Shown here: piece by piece, positions 18,558-28,037 of the stretch | How the letters are laid out: each line of letters begins with the position of its first letter | Numbering within the stretch: position 1 is the first letter of the stretch | Virus record (IMG/VR): IMGVR_UViG_2907158113_000012 | Span: 3,283-67,282 of that record | Origin: a virus | Taxonomy: Duplodnaviria > Caudoviricetes | Strand: one strand, 5' to 3' | Length of the DNA: 64,000 nucleotides | The notes under the pieces: model-generated | The model's database searches: none | Told to the model about the DNA's origin: nothing | Seen by the model: the letters and a program-made list of their open reading frames with translations, nothing else | Made by a program: the position numbers and the translations under genes

Positions 18558-19601
18558 ATTACGCAATCAATCGCTAATCAAATCGCGCAAGACTTTACGC
18601 AGTATCTTAATTCCTGGCATTCCGCACCGGAAGTATACGACGACGCACTCGACGCGCAGATTCACGCGTGGTATCAAAACGTCCTCACGGATAAATCGCG
18701 CAAGGTATGGCCTCCGCGTAATGTCCCGTACTTCTCGCCATCATCCGCTAACTCCGACCCGCGTGGACTCTACGAAAAGCTGCGCGGAGCTAAAAAGGAG
18801 CGCGCCGGTCAGCCTCCGCACCAAGGGCGCTGGACAAGACTCGGCACAGCGATCGGCGATACGATTCAGCGCGATATCTTATTCGCGGAGAAACATGATC
18901 GAGTCAGAGGAACTGGAAACCGTCCGCAGTTTACGTTTGAATACAACGAGCACCTCGAACCGATGTTCGAAGACTTCGCGAAAGTTGGCACGGTTATTGA
19001 ACATAGCGATAAGAAATTCGCGCTGTACGGAACGTGTGACGGCGTCATGAAATACGTTTCTGATGACGGAACGGTTTTACGCGTAGGTTTGGAGATCAAG
19101 TCCAAACAGGGAACGTATGCGCAAACTTCTGGCTACTCAACGCGCAACGGTCCAAAGGAAGACCACGTTAAGCAGTGCGTATGTTACTCGATTATGTACG
19201 GAACCGTCGCTGAGCCAATCGACTATTACGTTCTTCTTTACGTAAACGGATCGAAGAAAGGCTGGACCATGACGCCGGAAGAGTTCGCAAAGAATCCGGA
19301 TATCTGCGCGTTCGGACTGCACATTACGGACAAGATGCGCGCGGACATACTCGACCATTTCGCCGGAATTGTTGACGCTGCGGATAAAGGCGAGCCACCT
19401 ACGCTTGACCTCGATAAGTGGCTTTTTAATGACTTCAAGCGTGCGATTGCGCTATCTCTCTCCGCGGAAGAACTTGCGTCCCTACAGCGTAAGGTATCCG
19501 CGACATTACGGTCATCTCTACCGGATAAACAGAAACGTGATTATGCGGAGGCGCTGGCATTCATCGAGAGTGTACGCGCTGAAACGAAGGAGGCCGCCTA
19601 A
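18558..19601 (+). CDS. PD-(D/E)XK (Cas4/YqaJ-like) exonuclease (probable ATT start)
   Basis: FSPSS, GTAIG, GTCDG, LEIKSK, KQCVCY; 135 open codons upstream of first ATG, RBS AAGGAGG 9 nt before ATT. Confidence 0.8.
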   Translation: MTQSIANQIAQDFTQYLNSWHSAPEVYDDALDAQIHAWYQNVLTDKSRKVWPPRNVPYFSPSSANSDPRGLYEKLRGAKKERAGQPPHQGRWTRLGTAIGDTIQRDILFAEKHDRVRGTGNRPQFTFEYNEHLEPMFEDFAKVGTVIEHSDKKFALYGTCDGVMKYVSDDGTVLRVGLEIKSKQGTYAQTSGYSTRNGPKEDHVKQCVCYSIMYGTVAEPIDYYVLLYVNGSKKGWTMTPEEFAKNPDICAFGLHITDKMRADILDHFAGIVDAADKGEPPTLDLDKWLFNDFKRAIALSLSAEELASLQRKVSATLRSSLPDKQKRDYAEALAFIESVRAETKEAA

Positions 19602-19602
19602 T

Positions 19603-19869
19603 TTGCAGACACCGCAATCATACGTAATCGAATCCATACGCAATTTTGACGGAACCGCGCACGAACGCGAGGGTACGGAGAAAGGCCAGCGCGTAGAGAT
19701 CTTACGCTGCGGGGTCGGCGCGCCTATGCTCGTATGTTACCGCGATGACGGCAATAAGATTCTGCGGACATCCCCGATCGTCAGCATAGGAGGTACGTGG
19801 AAGTATCCGGGCGGACTCGTTGTCACTACGAAGAATACCGTTTACACATTCGGAAAGGGGGCGGAATAA
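19603..19869 (+). CDS. Hypothetical phage protein
   Basis: TTG after AAGGAGG; ends TTKNTVYTF. Confidence 0.6.
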   Translation: MQTPQSYVIESIRNFDGTAHEREGTEKGQRVEILRCGVGAPMLVCYRDDGNKILRTSPIVSIGGTWKYPGGLVVTTKNTVYTFGKGAE

Positions 19870-20081
19870 TGACTAAACGTATAATTAACGGAATCCTCTA
19901 CGTGTTACTTATTGGCGCGCTAATGGTCGGCGGTTTCGTGTGGATTACGTTGCTAACCGGAGGTCCGTGGTACATGACCGTAATCTTCGCAATCATGGCG
20001 CTGGCCGCGTTTTCACTCGGATATTCAGCGGAAGGAGGCGGAAGCGATCGCAGCAAAGACGAAGAAACCCGCGCTTCCTAA
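19869..20081 (+). CDS. Small two-TM membrane protein
   Basis: Two hydrophobic stretches; TAATG coupling. Confidence 0.6.
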   Translation: MTKRIINGILYVLLIGALMVGGFVWITLLTGGPWYMTVIFAIMALAAFSLGYSAEGGGSDRSKDEETRAS

Positions 20082-20604
20082 CTTCCGTGTTCTCGGACTC
20101 GACTTATCGCTAAGTCCCGGAATCGCTGTGGTAGAGGTTCGAGGGCGCACGCCCTACCTCATCGCATGTGATTCCGTAGCGACTTCGACCGCCGATACGG
20201 ACGCCGTACGCAACTACACGGTCGAAACGTTTGTCGGTCACTTCGTTCGGGAGCATCGTCCGTTCGATATCGTAGTTCGCGAAGACTTTACGTCCGGACG
20301 GAATAAACGCGCGACTCAAACGATATTCAGCGCATGGGCAGCGGCAGACAGAGCGCTCGCGGCGTACGGATATTACGCGGAGGACTTGAAGCCCGCGCTT
20401 GCCCCAACGTCGGTTAAGAAATACGTAACCGGCAACGGGAAGGCGGAGAAACCGGAAGTCGCGGAAGCGGTGCGGAAGTACCTGCGGTTGCCTGCGGATA
20501 CTAAGTGGCGGACGGGATACGATGACGCGGACGCATGCGCAGTGTGTCTGTCGTATTTACTGCGCGAGAACCTAATCGATGAAATCGGAGGGATTGCGGC
20601 ATGA
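20047..20604 (+). CDS. RuvC-like Holliday junction resolvase (probable ATC start)
   Basis: RVLGLDLS, VVRE, PTSVKKYVTGNGKAEK, DDADA; the first acidic motif lies upstream of any ATG/GTG/TTG. Confidence 0.85.
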   Translation: MAAKTKKPALPNFRVLGLDLSLSPGIAVVEVRGRTPYLIACDSVATSTADTDAVRNYTVETFVGHFVREHRPFDIVVREDFTSGRNKRATQTIFSAWAAADRALAAYGYYAEDLKPALAPTSVKKYVTGNGKAEKPEVAEAVRKYLRLPADTKWRTGYDDADACAVCLSYLLRENLIDEIGGIAA

Positions 20605-20786
20605 GGGAATACATTGGATATACACACATTTCGCAGGGAGTTGAGAGCTTTGGTCCGGCGGTTAGCGAAGCGCTGAGCGGTTACGCAAATAGCGGGTACG
20701 ACATTGACGTACATTACTCGCAATCGACGGAACCTCGCGGACGTATTATGTTCTCAGCGTTAATAACCGCCTGGACGCAGACATGA
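20601..20786 (+). CDS. Hypothetical phage protein
   Basis: RBS GGAGG, ATGA overlap. Confidence 0.55.
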   Translation: MREYIGYTHISQGVESFGPAVSEALSGYANSGYDIDVHYSQSTEPRGRIMFSALITAWTQT

Positions 20787-20935
20787 CGCGTATTCCAGAC
20801 CGCCTCACTACGCAACTCGAACGCGCCCAGCTCGCCGAGATCGCGGAACTTGAACGTGCGGTCGAAGTGCATCGCGGACTGGCGGCGAAGTATGAACGGA
20901 AACTAGCGGAGGCACAACGGAGAGTTAGCGATTAA
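20783..20935 (+). CDS. Small coiled-coil protein (50 aa)
   Basis: ATGA overlap, ends inside terminator. Confidence 0.45.
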   Translation: MTRIPDRLTTQLERAQLAEIAELERAVEVHRGLAAKYERKLAEAQRRVSD

Positions 20936-20959
20936 TTTCGCCGACTCTCCGTTTTTTTT
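20916..20959 (+). terminator. Intrinsic terminator
   Basis: AACGGAGAGT..ACTCTCCGTT stem plus T8. Confidence 0.8.
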
Positions 20960-21043
20960 CGTTTAATTTTAACGTTTTGGTGCGGGAGCTCTTACTCATT
21001 ACGGATATTAACATATAAGACGCGGACGACGAAAAAAGTTTCC

Positions 21044-21092
21044 GTAAAAGTGTGCGGGACTTCCGAGCACGTCGGCTTTATCTATGTAAGGC
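21044..21092 (+). promoter_or_regulatory. Second copy of 49-bp motif
   Basis: Matches 9075..9123; follows a terminator and precedes an operon. Confidence 0.7.
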
Positions 21093-21131
21093 GCAGATGC
21101 CGCGCAATATAAACGAGGAGGCGGTTCAGTA

Positions 21132-22028
21132 ATGACAACGCAACAATATCGCGAAGTTAAACGTAAGGCAGCGGTGGGAGAACGCGTAAGAGTCTTCGGT
21201 CACCACGATAACAAGCAGAACACGGAGCATGTCGTATTGCGTACGGAGGATAACGGTCACATTTTCTACGCGGCAGGCGGACGTCTACCAGGAGGATACG
21301 TAGTCCTCGAACCAATCGCAGAGCCCGCCGCACCTTCACCGCTATCGACCGATCCCCTCTACGCCGCCTTCCGCCAGTTCGTCACGGACAATGCGGATGA
21401 ATTGCGAAAGTTACTTCCGGAGATTAATCCGCCGGCACACGCGCCATTGTTTACGGTTGCTGACGGTAAACTCGCGCCGATTACTCCGAAGTTGGCCCGC
21501 GCACAGGTTATCGCGAAGGCGACTGCTGACGTTACGGAGTTGCTGCGGACTGGGCTCGATGATGACGCGTTTCTGAATGAGGACGGACACTTTCACGGCC
21601 GTTGGTTCGATGTCACGTTCGTGGTTAATCGCGAGAAGAGAGCGGTCACAGCGCTTATATACGAATTGGACGGATTCGCATATAAGCGAAAAAGTGGCGG
21701 TCCTCACGCGAAGTTCACCGCAAAGTGTTCGCCAGCCGACGTATTCCACGCGGAAATCGGCAAAGCGATCGCGCTACGTAAGGCGCTTGGGCTGACGGTG
21801 CCTAACGAATATACGGACGCGCCGCAACCGGAGAAGGCGGAAGTTGGCGCTATAATCGAATACGACAGTTGCCGCGTAAACGTCATGCCTGTAAATCCGC
21901 ATGTCATATACGCGTACCGGATTAAAGGCACGTGCAGCGTGCGAAGTACCGTCGCTAATGACGGGAAAATACTCGACGACACCGACGTTGACTATAGCGC
22001 TGTCTCCGCGAAGGGAGTTGCTGCCTAA
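21132..22028 (+). CDS. Modular phage protein, paralog of 24053..25642
   Basis: YREVKRKA.VGE..YVVLEP and AKC.P..F.A.IG.AIAL..ALG modules. Confidence 0.75.
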   Translation: MTTQQYREVKRKAAVGERVRVFGHHDNKQNTEHVVLRTEDNGHIFYAAGGRLPGGYVVLEPIAEPAAPSPLSTDPLYAAFRQFVTDNADELRKLLPEINPPAHAPLFTVADGKLAPITPKLARAQVIAKATADVTELLRTGLDDDAFLNEDGHFHGRWFDVTFVVNREKRAVTALIYELDGFAYKRKSGGPHAKFTAKCSPADVFHAEIGKAIALRKALGLTVPNEYTDAPQPEKAEVGAIIEYDSCRVNVMPVNPHVIYAYRIKGTCSVRSTVANDGKILDDTDVDYSAVSAKGVAA

Positions 22029-22255
22029 TGGATCGCGCAATGATTAAGCGTCTTATGACGCTACAAATGATTACGCAAGCATACGAAAAGCTCGGCGGTA
22101 ATGTCAGCGATCTTACCACGGAGCGCATGGCGCAGAGTATTGTACCGTTATTCGAAGCCGCACCAATACGTACGGATGCAGAGAAGCGCGCTAGTCTCGA
22201 AGCGCTATTTCACGAAACGGTAGCGGAGATTATATTCGCGAAGGAAGTGGCGTAG
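22028..22255 (+). CDS. Hypothetical phage protein
   Basis: TAATG coupling. Confidence 0.55.
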   Translation: MDRAMIKRLMTLQMITQAYEKLGGNVSDLTTERMAQSIVPLFEAAPIRTDAEKRASLEALFHETVAEIIFAKEVA

Positions 22256-22257
22256 TT

Positions 22258-22944
22258 ATGGCGTCGGCTGAACGCATCATCGACCGCCCGCAAGTCGAAA
22301 TCATGGCGGACAGAAAACGTAAGCGTACGGAGATGCTCGATAAATTACGGAGGGGTGAGCGGAGAGTGGAACGCAGTAACGCAGTCAACGTTAAGATAGC
22401 GCTATTACCTGGCGCAGAGTTGCCGCAATACGCTAAGCCGAACGATAGTGGCTTCGACTTAGTGGCACAAGAGGATTACGTAGTCGAACCGGGTCAAACG
22501 GTCAAGGTGCGGACGGGTATCTGCGTAGAGCTTCCGGTCGGCTACGAATTGCAGGTGCGGCCGCGTTCGGGAATCAGCGCTAACACGAAGTTGCGCGTAG
22601 CTAATTCGCCAGGCAGCGTAGATAATTCGTATCGCGGAGAGATTTGCGTATTGATCGATAATATTGCGCAAGTTGAATACGACGTCGTGCGGGATGAAGA
22701 TACAAACGCTATGACTGGCGTTGAGGTGGCGCAATCTGGCGCGGCTGATACGTTAGATGGCAGTTATGTGCTCGGAGTGTTCCCGCAAGGAACGTATATC
22801 ATCCGCAAAGGTGATCGAATTGCGCAAGCAGTTATCGCGCCAGTCTACCTCGCAGCCTTCGAAGTCGTCACGGAATTAGCGGAGAGCGAGCGTGGGGCTG
22901 GCGGATTCGGACATAGCGGAGTACGGACGGAGGCGAGCGTATGA
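22258..22944 (+). CDS. dut: Trimeric dUTPase (start may be GTG 22366)
   Basis: SGFDL, RPRSG, GSVDNSYRGE, GDRIAQ, RGAGGFGHSG. Confidence 0.92.
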   Translation: MASAERIIDRPQVEIMADRKRKRTEMLDKLRRGERRVERSNAVNVKIALLPGAELPQYAKPNDSGFDLVAQEDYVVEPGQTVKVRTGICVELPVGYELQVRPRSGISANTKLRVANSPGSVDNSYRGEICVLIDNIAQVEYDVVRDEDTNAMTGVEVAQSGAADTLDGSYVLGVFPQGTYIIRKGDRIAQAVIAPVYLAAFEVVTELAESERGAGGFGHSGVRTEASV

Positions 22945-23192
22945 GCGAAGTTATCTACGTAATGCTTATCAATGGGCGGCCTAGACGGAAAGACGGCGGT
23001 GCTATCCGTACGTATAAAACGCGTGAACGTGCGGAGAAAGAAGCGCGCGAGCTCGCAACCTACTGGTCATATCGTGCGGTTACGTTCCAAGTCGGCGTGT
23101 TCACAACGGAACAACTTACGGAAGTTACCGTCGAGCTGCCTGTTATTCCGCCGATTCCCTACGCACCACCCACGGAGGCGATCGCGGAATGA
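22941..23192 (+). CDS. Hypothetical phage protein
   Basis: RBS GGAGG. Confidence 0.6.
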   Translation: MSEVIYVMLINGRPRRKDGGAIRTYKTRERAEKEARELATYWSYRAVTFQVGVFTTEQLTEVTVELPVIPPIPYAPPTEAIAE

Positions 23193-23284
23193 AACGCCTT
23201 AACTTCGGATTCATCGCGGTATGGTCCGCCGTAATCATCGGATGCGCGGCGTTCTGGTACGGAGTATTCACGTTATTAACGTAG
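23189..23284 (+). CDS. 31-aa membrane peptide
   Basis: RBS GGAGG; single hydrophobic helix. Confidence 0.45.
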   Translation: MKRLNFGFIAVWSAVIIGCAAFWYGVFTLLT

Positions 23285-23299
23285 AGGAGGCGCATTAAT

Positions 23300-23551
23300 A
23301 TGACTACGCAACAAACCGCACAAATAATCCCGTTCCCATGCGTTCAGAACGAAATCGCCGCGGCATTCGACGCAATGGCAGCGCAGGCACGCGCCGGCCT
23401 AATCACCGGAGCCATGTTCGCAATTAGCGGACCGAACGCCGATCCACACGCAATTATGACGGGATGGCACGGCGTTGATATAGCCGAGCGCTCCGTAATG
23501 CTGACGCATATGCAATTCGATTTAATCGCGGGCTTCATCGGAGAGGAGTGA
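23300..23551 (+). CDS. Hypothetical phage protein
   Basis: RBS GAGGAGG. Confidence 0.6.
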   Translation: MTTQQTAQIIPFPCVQNEIAAAFDAMAAQARAGLITGAMFAISGPNADPHAIMTGWHGVDIAERSVMLTHMQFDLIAGFIGEE

Positions 23552-23555
23552 TTAC

Positions 23556-24056
23556 GTAGATATCCGCATATTACTCGCGTTAATATTCGCGGCAACATCA
23601 CTAAGCGTTGGGCTCACGGACTCAACGGGCAAGATTCCGTCAGCGCCTACGCAAGAAATAACGCAAGTATCACCGCAAGTTACCGCCGAAGCTACGCCAA
23701 TAGCTACGCGGGAAACTACGGAGGAACCGGCCGAGTGGACAACGTTCGAAGCGACCGCTTATATCGCGCTGTGCGATACGGGCTGCAGCGGGTTTACAGC
23801 TACGGAATATGACGTACGCCACACGGTTGAATACGAAGGCCGCCGAGTAGTTGCGGTTGATCCTGCGGTGATAGCGCTCGGCACAGCGGTCGAAGTACGC
23901 ACGGCTGACGGATCGATTATCGAAGCGATTGCGCTCGATACAGGCGGCGCGATAAAGGGACGCAAGATTGACGTATTGATGGCGGACCTTGATGACGCAT
24001 GGGATTTCGGTAGGCAGGCGGTACAAATACGCATCTTAAAGGAGACGGTTAAATGA
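23556..24056 (+). CDS. Secreted 3D-domain protein (lytic-transglycosylase-like); non-canonical start at 23556 or 23562
   Basis: Signal-like IRILLALIFAA, then FEATAY..VAVDP..ALDTGGAIKGRKIDV. Confidence 0.75.
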   Translation, partial: VDIRILLALIFAATSLSVGLTDSTGKIPSAPTQEITQVSPQVTAEATPIATRETTEEPAEWTTFEATAYIALCDTGCSGFTATEYDVRHTVEYEGRRVVAVDPAVIALGTAVEVRTADGSIIEAIALDTGGAIKGRKIDVLMADLDDAWDFGRQAVQIRILKETVK

Positions 24057-25642
24057 CGAAGATTATTGACGGTAGAAAAGCGGAGATTGTACACCCAGGA
24101 CAACGGTGGACTTCGTATCAAGCGCTTGCTAATTCGCTCGGATACCCAGACGCTGCAATTGAGTACGGAAAGGACCGCAGGAAATATCCGTCCGCTGGCG
24201 AGACTGTGACAGTACTGTCCGCGACGGATAGCTTAGGCCAGCCGGTTACTCACGATGGTAATCGCGTTTACATCGTTGAGTGTACGAATGGAGATCGCCA
24301 TATTTTCAGCGAAAAAGGATTGCGTATATTGGACGCCGACTCCGCACCGATCACCGTTCTCCCCGACGAATCGCTCGGCGGTGTCTCACGTGAATATCGC
24401 GAGGTCAAGCGGAAGGCGAGCGTAGGCGAGACTATCCACGTGTTTGGTCATTGTGACCAACGCGCGAACGGTGTGTTTACGGTTGACTCTGTGATCGACT
24501 GCCGCGATGGTTACGGGGATACCTATTACTATACCGTTGACGGTGGCTCGCGTTACGGAACTCCGTACTATAACGGAAAAGCCTACGTTGTCCTCGAACC
24601 TACGGAAATCCTGCGCATCGACGATAAGGACGGAGTTAATCGCGCGTACCGAATGGTCGACCGTAAGGCTGCGGTGGGCGAGCGCGTGATTATCGTAGAT
24701 GACCGCGAGGGGACCGGCGGTATGGACGGAATTTATTTCCGTGTTGGTAACGTTGCAACTAGTTTAGGAAGCGCGGGTTTCAATTTTAACGGAAATCCCT
24801 ACGTTAGAGGAAACGGACGGTGGGGCGTTAGGGCTGGCGCTTACCGCGTACTCGAACCGCTAACCTCCGCGGAACTAGCGCCGAATCCTACGCCTCTATC
24901 TGCGCTACCAATCGCCGACCAATACGCGGAGAACATTACGGTGCTCACGCGTAAGATTGCGCAATTGGAAAAGCGCAATACCGCGCTTGAGAGCCGCATC
25001 CTCGCGCTCGAAACGGACAGCTCGCCGTCTTACGTTAAAGTCGCGTCCGGTCCCGTTGATAACACGCTGCCGACGTTCAGTAAAGCGCCTAAGTCCGCGC
25101 AGCAAATCCGCGACGAAATCGTTGAGCGTGCAAAGGCTGACATTAGCAATCCGCACAAATTCGCCGGGACTCCGATTGCGCGCGAAGAATTACGCTTCTG
25201 GCCTCGCGGGTCTGGTATCGTGACACATACGGTCGAATATGTCGTGAGTTCGGATAAACGGACGGTAGTAGCGCTCGTTATCGAGACGTACGGTGGGCGT
25301 AAGATTGTTGCGCGTGGTATCGCGAAATGTGCGCCAGGCGAAACGTTCAACGCGCATATCGGACGAGCTATCGCGTTATATAGAGCGCTGGGCCTCGAAG
25401 TGCCAACGGAGTATCTAACGTGTCCACAGCCGGAGGAAGTGCGCGTCGGTGACGTTGTTCTTTGGACGAATAGTTATGACGCAGCAGATACGCAAGTATT
25501 CACGATTGCTTCCGTTCTGTCCGAAGGCTACCGGTTTGTTGGCGGAGAGTGGGACGGATTCGAGACAGTACGCGTTATTGATGACTCACGTGAGGACGAT
25601 GGCATTTCCGCTGCTTCCTCCGCGCTGAAAGGAGCTGCGTAA
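24053..25642 (+). CDS. Large modular phage protein
   Basis: Two KRKA.VGE..VLEP repeats, coiled coil, AKCAP..IALYRALG module. Confidence 0.75.
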   Translation: MTKIIDGRKAEIVHPGQRWTSYQALANSLGYPDAAIEYGKDRRKYPSAGETVTVLSATDSLGQPVTHDGNRVYIVECTNGDRHIFSEKGLRILDADSAPITVLPDESLGGVSREYREVKRKASVGETIHVFGHCDQRANGVFTVDSVIDCRDGYGDTYYYTVDGGSRYGTPYYNGKAYVVLEPTEILRIDDKDGVNRAYRMVDRKAAVGERVIIVDDREGTGGMDGIYFRVGNVATSLGSAGFNFNGNPYVRGNGRWGVRAGAYRVLEPLTSAELAPNPTPLSALPIADQYAENITVLTRKIAQLEKRNTALESRILALETDSSPSYVKVASGPVDNTLPTFSKAPKSAQQIRDEIVERAKADISNPHKFAGTPIAREELRFWPRGSGIVTHTVEYVVSSDKRTVVALVIETYGGRKIVARGIAKCAPGETFNAHIGRAIALYRALGLEVPTEYLTCPQPEEVRVGDVVLWTNSYDAADTQVFTIASVLSEGYRFVGGEWDGFETVRVIDDSREDDGISAASSALKGAA

Positions 25643-25643
25643 T

Positions 25644-25841
25644 ATGAAGCGCCCGGTCAACGAAGTAATCGCGATGCTCAATGCGCTACCGCTCGACGCG
25701 GAGATCGACGTACTCAACGTGTGGTCGAACGGTCGGAAAATCCGCCGGCTCTGCGGTCAAGACGAAGATAGCGTATGGCATCCCGCGAGTAAGTTCCGCA
25801 AGATGACCGCAATATTAATTCCGGAGGTGAGCGCAGAATGA
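25644..25841 (+). CDS. Hypothetical phage protein
   Basis: RBS AAGGAG. Confidence 0.55.
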   Translation: MKRPVNEVIAMLNALPLDAEIDVLNVWSNGRKIRRLCGQDEDSVWHPASKFRKMTAILIPEVSAE

Positions 25842-26404
25842 CGTTACCTAATATCGGTCTCATCGGCAAGCTCCGTTCAGGAAAGTCCGCTGCTGGCGAT
25901 TACCTTGCGTCCAAATACGGATATACGCAGTTCGCGTTCGGCGACGAACTCAAACGCTATGCTCACGAATTGTTCGGAGAGCCTGCGCCGGGAACGAAGC
26001 CGCGCGAACTGTATCAATGGTTCGGACAGGCGGTGCGGGAACGCGATCCGGACGTATGGGTGCGGAAATGTTTCGAACGAATTACGTGGTTCAATTACGT
26101 CTACGCGCTGGCGGTTCCTGCGCGACCTGTAGTTATCACGGATGTCCGCCAGCCTAACGAATTTACCGCGCTCCAATCCGCCGGCTACGTCCTCCTCCGC
26201 GTAGAAGCACCGGACGGCCTACGCATCGAACGCGCCGTCAACTCGGGCGATACGTTCAATTACGCCGACCTCGCGCACGGAACGGAAACGGCGCTCGACG
26301 GATACGCAGCGGATTTTACCGTAGTGAATGACGCGGGGCTGGCGGAGCTGTATGCGCAGATTGACGAGATTATGGCGGAGTTGAGCGCGAAGGAGGCGGT
26401 TTGA
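25838..26404 (+). CDS. Deoxynucleoside monophosphate kinase
   Basis: GKLRSGKS P-loop, FGDELK, VITDVRQPNE, H.TE. Confidence 0.85.
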   Translation: MTLPNIGLIGKLRSGKSAAGDYLASKYGYTQFAFGDELKRYAHELFGEPAPGTKPRELYQWFGQAVRERDPDVWVRKCFERITWFNYVYALAVPARPVVITDVRQPNEFTALQSAGYVLLRVEAPDGLRIERAVNSGDTFNYADLAHGTETALDGYAADFTVVNDAGLAELYAQIDEIMAELSAKEAV

Positions 26405-27574
26405 TTGACGGAAATTAACGTAGTTTTATGCGGAGATAGCACGGAGGTTTTGCGCGGCTATCCGGACGCGTTCTTTGATAGCGTCGTATGTGATCCTCCG
26501 TACGGACTATCGAAGGAACCGGACATCGCGGAAGTATTAACGAAATGGCTGGCGGGAGAACCGTACGACCACGGACACGGCGGATTCATGGGCAAGGCGT
26601 GGGACTCGTTCGTACCGCATCCGGATTTATGGCGCGAGGTGTTCCGCGTATTAAAGCCGGGCGGACATGCGCTGGTATTTGCGGGAACGCGCACGCAGGA
26701 CTTAATGACGATAGCGCTGCGGCTCGGCGGGTTTGAGATACGCGACGTTATCGAGTGGTTATATTTTAGCGGCTTTCCGAAATCTTACGATATATCCAAG
26801 GCGTTTGATAAAAGGGCCGGGGCCGAACGTGAGGTGATCGGAGTAAGGTACGACGGCGTTGGTTCAGACAGTGGCGAGGGGCGGTATAACTGGAACAACG
26901 GGAGCAGCGCGCAGTCAAACGAGGTCAAAATAACCGCGCCAGCAACCGAACTCGCCCGTAAATGGGACGGATGGGGAACCGCACTCAAGCCCGCACACGA
27001 ACCGATTATCGTCGCGCGTAAGCCGCTAATCTCTACCGTAGCCGCCAACGTTGAGGCACACGGAACTGGCGCTATTAACATCGACGGCTGCCGTATCGGT
27101 CGCGCTGCAGGAGATCGCGCGGATTATGGCGTTACCGGCGACGAAGGTAGCCCAACGGTCAATACGTTCGGTCAACGTGAACGCGTCGCATATGTTCCGG
27201 ACGAAGCAGGGCGCTTCCCTGCTAACGCGATCACTACGGACACCGATGCGTTTTACTCTCCGTACTTTAACGTTAGCCCGGCGGAATTATCGAAGAAAGC
27301 GTCGAAACGCGACCGTAATACCTGCGCTGGTGGTTCCATATTATCCGGACTAAACGTACACCCGACGGTTAAGCCGATCGACCTTATGCGCTGGCTTATT
27401 ACGTTAGTGACTCCGCCGGGCGGTACGCTCTTGGACCCGTTTGCCGGTTCCGGTACAACGCTGGTCGCGGCGGCACAGGGCGGTTTCAATTACGTAGGCA
27501 TCGAAATGCTGCCGGAGCATGTCGCGATTATCAACACGAGACTCGGCGAAGGTGCCGGACAGGAGGCGGCGTAA
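26405..27574 (+). CDS. DNA N4/N6 methyltransferase (beta-type order)
   Basis: DPPY near N-terminus; HPTVKP and LDPFAGSGT near C-terminus. Confidence 0.9.
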   Translation: MTEINVVLCGDSTEVLRGYPDAFFDSVVCDPPYGLSKEPDIAEVLTKWLAGEPYDHGHGGFMGKAWDSFVPHPDLWREVFRVLKPGGHALVFAGTRTQDLMTIALRLGGFEIRDVIEWLYFSGFPKSYDISKAFDKRAGAEREVIGVRYDGVGSDSGEGRYNWNNGSSAQSNEVKITAPATELARKWDGWGTALKPAHEPIIVARKPLISTVAANVEAHGTGAINIDGCRIGRAAGDRADYGVTGDEGSPTVNTFGQRERVAYVPDEAGRFPANAITTDTDAFYSPYFNVSPAELSKKASKRDRNTCAGGSILSGLNVHPTVKPIDLMRWLITLVTPPGGTLLDPFAGSGTTLVAAAQGGFNYVGIEMLPEHVAIINTRLGEGAGQEAA

Positions 27575-27703
27575 TGACTACGGAAGAATATCGCGCAGCC
27601 TTTGAATCCGGTTATTTTTACGGACGCATTGACGCGATTAATGCGCTCCCTTACGACGATCGGACTCCGCTGGCGAAACGGGAGAGTACGGAGGTGATTG
27701 CGA

Positions 27704-27907
27704 GTGAGTCGGATGACAACGGATTACGACCGCTTCCAGCCGCCGACTGAACCGCGCGTCTCCGCAATATGCACGTACTGCGGCGGTGAAATTTACGTAG
27801 GCGACGAGCTTACGCGATATGCGAACGGAGACTCTACTCACGAAGGCGATTGCGAGAACGGATATGTTGCGGCGGAACTCGGAATAATGCGAGAAATCGC
27901 ATCTTGA
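27704..27907 (+). CDS. Small Cys/His protein
   Basis: CTYCGGEI..HEGDC; RBS GGAGGTG. Confidence 0.55.
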   Translation: MSRMTTDYDRFQPPTEPRVSAICTYCGGEIYVGDELTRYANGDSTHEGDCENGYVAAELGIMREIAS

Positions 27908-28037
27908 GCGGACGATTGCGGAGTAGTATTCGCAAGTTTCAACGTTAGAAAAATTCATAATAGCGGCGGCTACTACGTGCGGCATCGTTCATATAACGTG
28001 GGGCCGACGCTCAAATACGGATAAAGGGGCGATTGAT

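Noticed and set aside
18526-19050. ORF-track 174-aa ORF suggesting a frameshifted exonuclease
   Set aside because: The frame of 18963..19601 is itself open back to 18558 and encodes the nuclease N-terminus; this ORF is a shadow
18558-19601. Cas4 as part of a CRISPR-Cas system
   Set aside because: No cas1/cas2 or array; typical stand-alone phage exonuclease context
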